A DNA stretch of 64,000 nucleotides from assembly GCA_964471795.1 (NCBI GenBank), contig CAYYHM010000007.1:1221-65220 (forward strand), in the 5' to 3' direction. Position numbers and translations under genes: made by a program. The notes below the pieces were generated by a model. That model made no database searches. It had not been told where the DNA came from and worked only from the letters and a program-made list of their open reading frames with translations. This DNA is from an uncultured Chitinophagales bacterium. Lineage in GTDB: Bacteria > Bacteroidota > Bacteroidia > Chitinophagales > S012-47. This document shows positions 10,001 through 19,000 of this stretch, piece after piece (within the stretch, counting starts at the first letter, position 1; each line of letters starts with the position of its first letter).

Positions 10001-13000
10001 GCCCTGGCAGGGGTTGCCATCGAAGCAACGGCTATCGTAGAGGGAGACACGATGCGCTACCAAACGGTAACGGGTCTTGCAGGGGACTTCCACATGGACC
10101 AGGTATACTTTGGCACAACATCCAGCTACTCGGTAACAGCCACCGCACAGGCAGGGTACAACATTACGACACCGGCGCAAAATGTGGTGTTGAAGATCAG
10201 CGATCCTGAGCGGACCAACCTCGTATTCAAAGGCGATAAGGACATACAACCTACGGGTACGCAGGCATTGGCGCTAACTAACTTCCAGGCCACGGATTTG
10301 CCGGGACAGGACATGATCCAGCTGTCGTGGACCTACAGTAGTCCGGATACAACGTGGTTCAAGGTATACCGTGATGATGCACTACTGACGATATTGACAG
10401 ATACCGCTTCAGGAACGCTCACCTCATACAATGACCTCACGGGCGAACCCGGCACGAACTATCAATACGAGATACAAGCATATGTGTATGATAATGACAG
10501 TGTGGTAACAGAAGTGTCGGCCGGTGATGATGCCTCACTGAGTCTGTTGTCGGCAGTAGATACTTTTGATGCATCAGTAGTGGTCGGTGATGGGACCGTC
10601 CTACTCACCTGGTCACATTCATCAACCAACTTCGATGGCTTCGTGCTGTACCGTGATGGTGATGTGCTCGACACCATATCTGCCGCTGCGGCCTATTCCT
10701 TTGTAGATGAGCAGGGTATTCCCGGCAGGAACTACACCTACCGAATCCGCACCTTCGCCTCCCGAAACGATTCAACACACTATTCCGCCTACACGGATGG
10801 TGTTCCGTCGCCGGTGACCTATCCCGGCCTGCTTCCACCTGCTGTGGTAGATGCGACTGCAGTTGCTGCACAGGACCATGTGGTGATCACCTGGACCTAT
10901 CCTGTGACAGGGAATGCCAACTTCTTCGGGTTCGAAGTGTACCGCACGGCTTCCGGCAACACCGATACGCTCACGTTGTACCATAAGGACTTCTACACCG
11001 GTATATTGGGAGGATTCTATCAATACCAATACATCGATTACACCGGCATACCGGGATTGAACTACGAATATGGGGTTGCTTCCATCAAGCAAATGCCTTA
11101 CTTCGCCTCTACTGTAAATAGTGACACAGAGGTGTACCCTGCTGTATCCGAAGTGAGCGGGTTATCTGCCAGCACTACTTATACCGACCATGTGGAGCTC
11201 ACCTGGGCGGCAGGTAGCACCAACCACCAGGGCTATGAAGTGTGGCGCAATGGCAACAAAGTGGCTGCCCTCGGCAAGAGCGCCCGCAGCTACACGGATG
11301 CTGTTAATACGGCCTCTTCCGCCAGAAGCTTTGCCTACACCATAAAAGCCATCAGGGATATTGATGGTGCGATGTATACGTCAACAGGCGTTGCCGCAAC
11401 AGGCAGCACACTAGCACTTCCCAACGACGGACTGCAGATTCCGCTGAATTTTGTGGCCTCAGACCAATACACCAACCATGTACAACTCAGCTGGCAGTAT
11501 CCGCCATACGTACTGTCGAAGTTCTTCATCTACAAGGATGGTCAGCTTATCGATTCGCTGGACAACAGCTTGCGGTTCTATTTTGACACAGCCGTAGCAC
11601 CCGGCGATGTGCATACCTATGCCATTGAAGGCAGATGGATGGGCGACATCAGCGCTCGTGCCAGCGATGCCGGACGCCTTGGCTCACTGCTGCAGGTAGA
11701 AGGTATGGCTCAGTCTGACGAGGGGTATGGCATCCCCGGTGTGCGTGTGGCACTATCTGTTGGGGGCATCGAAACCGATGCTGCTTACACGGATGCTACC
11801 GGCTTCTACCGGATGCAAGGCGTAGCCAACGTGCCCGGCACTACAGTGACTGTTACTGCCAGCGGGCCGAATGCTGCCTTCCTGCAGCCTACCCAGCAGA
11901 TCACTATTTCTGCCGGTACAGATCGATATGTGGTCAACTTTACGGATACATTCTACCACAGGCTCATCCTGCCGGATAGCGACGTGGCCACGCCTGTTCC
12001 GTTCCTGGCCTCCATCGACAGGCTTACCAATCAGGTGGAGCTGCGGTGGAACGTAACCAATCCCAATTATTCCGGCTTCCGCATCTTCCGGGGACTGGCA
12101 CAGGCAGCCAATGTGCCTGCCGGACAGCCATTGAACTACCTGGATCCGTTTGCCTCACCCGGCTTCGACTATTACTACAGCATCTTCGCCTACTACTACA
12201 AACCAACCGGCACAGTACACTCCGACACCATCCACACCGGTATCTTTGTACCGAAGGTGCCACCGGTAGAAGGGCTGCAGGCATTGCCTGACTTTGATGA
12301 AGATGTGGTGAAGCTCTATTGGAGCCATCCTACAGACAAGCACACCTATTACGAGATACAGCGCAACGGCTCGGTAATTGCTACCGTACCGGCAGGGGAG
12401 CGCTTGTTCTTTGCCGATACCACCGGCAAGCCCGGGTATCTGTACCGCTACACGGTTACCTGTTACCTGGTGAATTCCGCAGGCTTCTTCAACTCCGATC
12501 CGGTAGTGGTGGAAACCAACTTCCCGGATGTAGCGCCTATTACCGAGCTGGCACTCACACCGGTTCCTGCCGATAACCGGGTAGACGTGAACTGGCGTCA
12601 CACCAGTGCCTACTACACCTATGCGCTGGTGTATCGCGACAACGTGGTGATTGACACCGTGTACCGCAACATGCCGTTGAAGCAGAGCCTCGACTACTGG
12701 GGGCGTCCCGGTATGGCTACCAGATATGCCGTACAGTCGGTCGTGCAAAAAGACAACACCTACTTCTTCTCCGATACAGTAGGCCTTTCTGTGGTTTATC
12801 CCACACTTTACACGCCTGTACTGGATGGCGACGTGGCTGGTGTGGATAGGCTTACCTTACAGGGCAGTTACCTGCCGGCAGATGGATACTCAGGCTTTGA
12901 GTTCTACCGAGACAACGACCAGCTGCCGGGAAGTCCACGTAGCGGCATCGCTGCCAGCTTTACTTTTGAAGATAATGATGGTGTGCCAGACTCGTCCTAC

Positions 13001-16000
13001 ACCTACAAGGTGCGCGCCTTCAAGGACGTGGATGTAACCTATTACTCACCCTATGCTACACGCACGGTGGCATTCCCGCCATTGGCACCGCCATTTGCCT
13101 GTGCAGCCTCCGATGGGGCATACTTCAACCACATTGAAATCACCTGGCAACATAGCTCCACTGCCAACGACGGGTTTATCCTGTACCGCGATAATGCGGC
13201 GATCGATACCCTGCCTGCCGGAGCCCGCAAGTACAAGGATATTGTGAACAGCAGCAGCAACTCCGGAGTGAATCCGGTGTACTTCCTGCGGGCGTACAAG
13301 GTGGACAATGGCAACTGGTATGTATCGGTGCCCAGCAACAGCGATGATGGGTATGCACTGATACAGCAGTTCAGCATTCTGAGCTCGTACACCGACAGTG
13401 TAGCCGGTGCCCATCTGGGATTGAACGTGGCGATCGGTGCCGACTTTGCGCTGGGAGGAACCGGCACATCCACACAGGTGGCCAAGACCTATGACCTCGA
13501 TGTTACGGGCAACTTCTCACCCGGTGCCGACCTTACACCTGATGCCGCCAGCGGCACGTCAACGGCTTTTGGCTATGATGTGGCGATTGCCGGCACACGG
13601 GCATTGGTGGGATCACCGTGGTCGTGGAACGCCAGTCCGTCGTCCCTGTTCTACCGGTCCGGTGAGGTATATGTGTACAACAAGCCAATCGGGCAGAACG
13701 TGTCGCTGGATACCATCCTGCGCAACTTCAACTTCCTGCCCACCATATTCCGCTCAGAGCATCGCCTGGGAACCCCCATCAACATGCAGCGGGTGGAATC
13801 CAACGCCTGGTCTACGTTCGTAGTCAATGATGTGACTACTTCGGTAGGACCAGCTGACACCTCAATCGGTACAGGTTCCGGTTTGACAAGTTTCGGTAAT
13901 CAGCTTTTCTTTGATGTTACCAACGATGTCGTACTGAATCAGGTGACCGTATATCCGCAGGACACCGGTGTGGTGAGTGTTACCATCCGGCCTGCTTCCG
14001 GAGGACCTATCTACAGCCAAAACTTCAACGTACAGCCTATAGCAGCGTATGCAGCAACTGTACTTACCTTGAATGCGGCCATTCCTCCCGGAACCGGGTA
14101 TAAGATCGATGCGCAAGGATCCAATAACATCGGTGCGCTTTACAGAAACAATGGCGGCGTATCCTACCCGTACACAGAGCCTGAAGGTGTGGTTTCCATC
14201 ACCGGTAGCAGTGCCGGGGGATCGTTCTACTATTACTTCTACGACTGGCAGGTGACTGTAAAAGATACCGTAGGTACGCGTGTACATGAACTGGCAACTT
14301 CATACACGGTAGATACTTTTAGCGCCACCTTTGCCGTAAATCTGCCGACAAACCACACCTATGGCACGGATATTCAGTTGGATACCGTGTGGGTGAGGAT
14401 GTCGAAGAATGGCTGGACACAGGGAACACGGGTAACCCTGGAGAACGTAACGCTGGAGAAAGTGGGTACCGGCTTCACCAAGACATTGTTCTCTACCAAT
14501 ACCAGCATCAGCTGTCCGCAAGACTCTATCGACATAGCACTGGTATCGACAGGTGGCAGCGGTCTGGTATCGGCCAACTGCTCCAACTCGGTTACGGGCG
14601 TGTTTACCAGTGCATCGAATTTTGCCGCATCCGGTATCACTACCAACGGCAATTACCGTCTTACATTCCGTGCCAGATTGCATGATCCTGTTGACACTGT
14701 CGCCAACGCGCTTACCGGACAGGTGATTGTAGATGAGGTGAAGTTGTCCTACTCCACGCTGGCAGGTGGCATCTACGCCAACGCACAATCTACAGGTGCT
14801 GAGATGGGCAGGGCAGTCGCGCTGAATGCGTCCATGATAGCAGGCGGAGGCCCGATTTTCAATACGCAGCGGGGTCTGGTTACCACTTTCATCCAGCGTG
14901 GCGACTGGGAGCCACTTGACACCCTGTTTGCGCCGACTACGGCAGCGCCGTTCTGTTCCTACACCGTATCGGTAAATGGCAACGGATACATGGATGAAAC
15001 GCAGTGGACCCTGCGCGACAACACCAATACCGTAATTGCCAGTGGTGGTCCCTACATCTTCGGTGGCGGTGGTTCCGTTACGGTAAACACAGCCAACGCC
15101 CCCTTGACTTTCTACATAGAAACACAAGGCACGTTCAATGATAACGTGGCCAGCTTCTCCATTGTCAGCAATGGTATAGTGATCCGCTCCGGTACGATCT
15201 TTGGCGGCCAGACCCGCACGGAGAACAACATCAACGGTACCTGTGCCGGCGCACAGTTCGGCTATTCTTTGGCGATGGGGCCTAACCGCATGATCGTGGG
15301 TATGCCACGGGAGGTGAATCCTGCCGACAACTTTGGCTCCAAAGGGGCTGTGTACTACTATGAGCTGGGTAGCGATGGCAACTGGGTACAGCGCCAGAAG
15401 ATTGCCATTCAACAGCCCGGACCTTCGGATGATCAGTTTGGGTTCTCGCTGGCACTGAGTGGCAACACGCTGGCCGTAGGCGCCAAAGGCGACGATTGGG
15501 ATGCCAACGCCAGCTTCTGGGATGCCGGTTCGGTGTCGCTGTACGAGTTCAACGTGAGCGCCAACGAATATCAATTCCAGCGGAAGATCTTCAATCCGGA
15601 CAATCCGCGGAAGACGTTCGAATTCTTCGGCAACGACATTGCCATTCAGGGCAACCTGATGGCCATTGGTGCGCCGGGTGTCAACAAGCTGGGATCAGGA
15701 TCCGTAACCAATGCCGGTGCAGTGTACTTGTATGAAAAAGATGAGAACGGCAACTGGCTGCTCAAGCAACGGTACTTTGCCGATGATGCACAGTCGGGTG
15801 GCCGCTTTGGCTCCAGTGTGGCCATCTCCGGTAACACCCTGATGATCGGCTCAGACGGCTATGATGCCGGTAGTGCTGCCGATGCCGGTAAGGTGTATTT
15901 CATCTACTTCCGCGATCAGATCGACTCCGTGGTAGCCAGCGACGGTACTGAGGGCACCAAAACCCGCATTGAGTGGGTGTATAACGGTGTACGTTCCAAC

Positions 16001-19000
16001 CTCAACAACTTCAACATATACCGAGATGGTGTACTGATCGCCGCAGCCAATCCAAACGAAAGCTTTGTGTTCGATTACGATGGCATACCGGGTAAGAAGT
16101 ATGTATATCAGGTAGCACCGGTATCGCTGGATAAGGTGGTAGGGGTTACCAAAGGCGACGAAGGATGGCGCGAAGAAAACGGCATCCTCGATGGTATCGT
16201 GCTGACCTTCGACGGACAGGTAGGTGTGCCGGGCATCAACATCGAAGCCTGGGCCATGGTGGAAGGGGAGCGTTTCTCCTACAGTACCATCACCGACCAG
16301 GAAGGTAAGTTCAAGATCAAGCGCATGTATTACAGCGATTCTACGCGCTACTTCGTACGTGCCTGGAAGCCCGGCCATGAGTTCAAGAAAGATACCATGG
16401 ATACAGAGTTCAACTTGCAGCAGTTCCAGCGTACCGTGGATCCGTTCTATGACCTTACAGCCTACGTGGTAACTGGTGTGGCTAAATATGAGAACACGGA
16501 CTGCCCCATCGACAGCATGGATGTAACGCAGTTCAAGATCCTGAATGACGGCACCGTGTTCAAAGAAACCCGTCAAACCAACAGCGAGGGCAGCTACACG
16601 TTCAACATCGAGCCATTCAATACCGATATCAACCGGTATGAATACCATATTGCCGGTGAGCGCTATCGAGTGTCTGACAGCAACTTGTTGGATACAGTCT
16701 ATTACCACTGGTCAGATAAGGTGAAAGTGCTGAACAACCCGGCTTCTGTCGGCAAAACCACTGTGCTGAGCGACTTTGTGGATACCACTACCTATCAGGT
16801 GCAGTTGTTTGTGCAGAACGTGTGTGGCCCTATTGGTCAAAACAGCTGGCAGGTGCAGGTGCAGTCTACCGATGGCTGTTACAACCAGCTGGTGAGCACC
16901 AACCTGAACGGCTTCCGCAACCTGTATCTGCCACCGAAGGACTACGTGTTCAGGGTGGTTGGCGTTGCCAGCCCCTCAGCGCAAACCTTGCCGGTGGTGG
17001 ATTACCTGAAGGTACGACCCAGAAGTCTGGATCTGATCGCCCTGCATGAGAGTCTGAATGGAGCCGTGTCTGATACACTGGTGCCGATGAACTTCGTGTT
17101 CCATGTAACGCCCAATATCGGCATCACCAACCTCACCGACTTCCTGTGTGATGATCCTACCTTGCCTGTGGTTGTCTCTACCGGAGATGTCAAGACCTAC
17201 AACGTAGTGGTAGGGGAGACATTTGATGGCATCACCTGTCCGGTTAACGAAGGCTTCCTCATCATTCGCAACAATGCCTCGGTAGAGGGAACCGTGCAGA
17301 TCGACTACGATCCGGCAACAGGCAGCTTCCCGCCGTACACCTTTACGGTGGGATCGCCCAACATCGTATCGCCGTATGTGAAGTTCATGTTTGTGGAGTA
17401 CCATACCGAAAGCGATGGCTTCCTGGGAAGCTATGCCGTAGCCTTCCTGATACAGGGTGTAGCCGGTGTGCCGGGCAACGACATCATCGTTACGCCGGCC
17501 TCTGAAAACGATCAGGTGCTGCTGCCACTGATGATCTTGCGTGATCCGCCGGGTGATGGCTCATTCGCACAGATCGACTCGGGTACTACCTTCGAGTCTA
17601 CCCTGTCTGTGCAGGACGAATACAAGTTCGGATTAGGACTGGGTATCGAGGTAAAGACCAAGGTGTTCGGCTCCGGCATTCAGCTGGATATCGCCGGCAA
17701 GGTAACGGGCGGTTTCGACAGAAATACGCAGTTCAAGGTTACGGCTACCACGTCAAAGACCATACAGACCTCTTCGGATAGTCAGGCCGATGCAGCCGAC
17801 CAGAGCAGCCGCTTTACCGGCGACAGAGCCGACGTGATTGTTGGTTCCGGCTTAGCCTTGCAGTATGGCATCGGTGTGGAGGTAAGTGTAGATGATACTT
17901 GCGGAGTTATCGTTGCCAACCGCATCACCACGGGTGCTGAGGTGCGCACCACCTGGATCTATGCGGTAGATCAGATCCGTCACCTGGTGAATGAATACAA
18001 CCGGAATATTGAGAACGCCCGCAATGGCACGTACACCATTGACACGCTGAGTGCGCAGGCTACAGAGGAATTCCTGGCATTGCGCCGCGACAACTGGAAT
18101 CAGATCCTCAACTATCATAGTGTAAAAACACTGCCGCACTATGCGTTCTGTGACCCGGCCAACTTTGCCCAGATTCCGGAGCCCTGGAAATCGGCAGCAG
18201 TAGCCTGGCGGACTGAAGGGTTCTGTACCCTGATCGGTAGCTACTCGCCCGATGGTCAAACATTCAACATGAATGAAGACATCGTGTGGGATGCCAACCT
18301 GATTGAGCGATACAACAAGGTGCGTCAGCAGGTGGGAGACATCGAAGACTATCTGAACTACAAGGGGCAGGTCATCTATGTAGAGTCTTTACTGGATCAG
18401 GTGCAGCTTGATCAGGCTTATCTGTCCTTGTATGGCCCCGATGCCAAGAACATCACCTTCTCCGGAGGTACGTCATTCTCCGAAGAGCGTGCCATTACCC
18501 GCGAGCGGGGAAGCTCCTTCAAGCAGAAGGTAGGTGGCGGCGCCAGTATTGCCGGTCAGACCATCGCTGCCGGTAAGGTTGTGACGTTCGTAGGTGCATG
18601 GGTAGGTTTCGGTGGTGGCGCCATGGGCGGTACTGTGCTGGAACTGACAGAGTTCGGCGTGTCGCTGAAGCCATCATTCGAGTTTGAGATCAACTACGAG
18701 CAGACGCAAGGATCTACGAACGGATTGCAGCAGAAGGTAAGCTACACACTCTCCGACGACGACCCGGGTGATCAGTATAGTGTGACCATCGTGCGGGGTG
18801 CACAGGCCAACCACACGCCTTACTTCTCCTTGCTGGGTGGACGTACCAGTTGCCCGACAGAGCCGGGTGCCATCTCCCGCGATATGCCGGATATCCAGCT
18901 GATGGGCCCCGGAGGTATGCCGGTGTCGCCGGTAACCTTCAATGCAGATCCGGATAAGCCGTTCATCATCCCGATACAACTGGCCAACCTGAATCCATTC

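Noticed and set aside
14300-15574. A 424-aa minus-strand ORF, together with others at 7658-8461, 12155-12748 and 15851-16708, inside the giant gene
   Set aside because: All are antisense to the uninterrupted 4900-aa frame that carries repeated, recognisable domains. They have no signal peptides or motifs.
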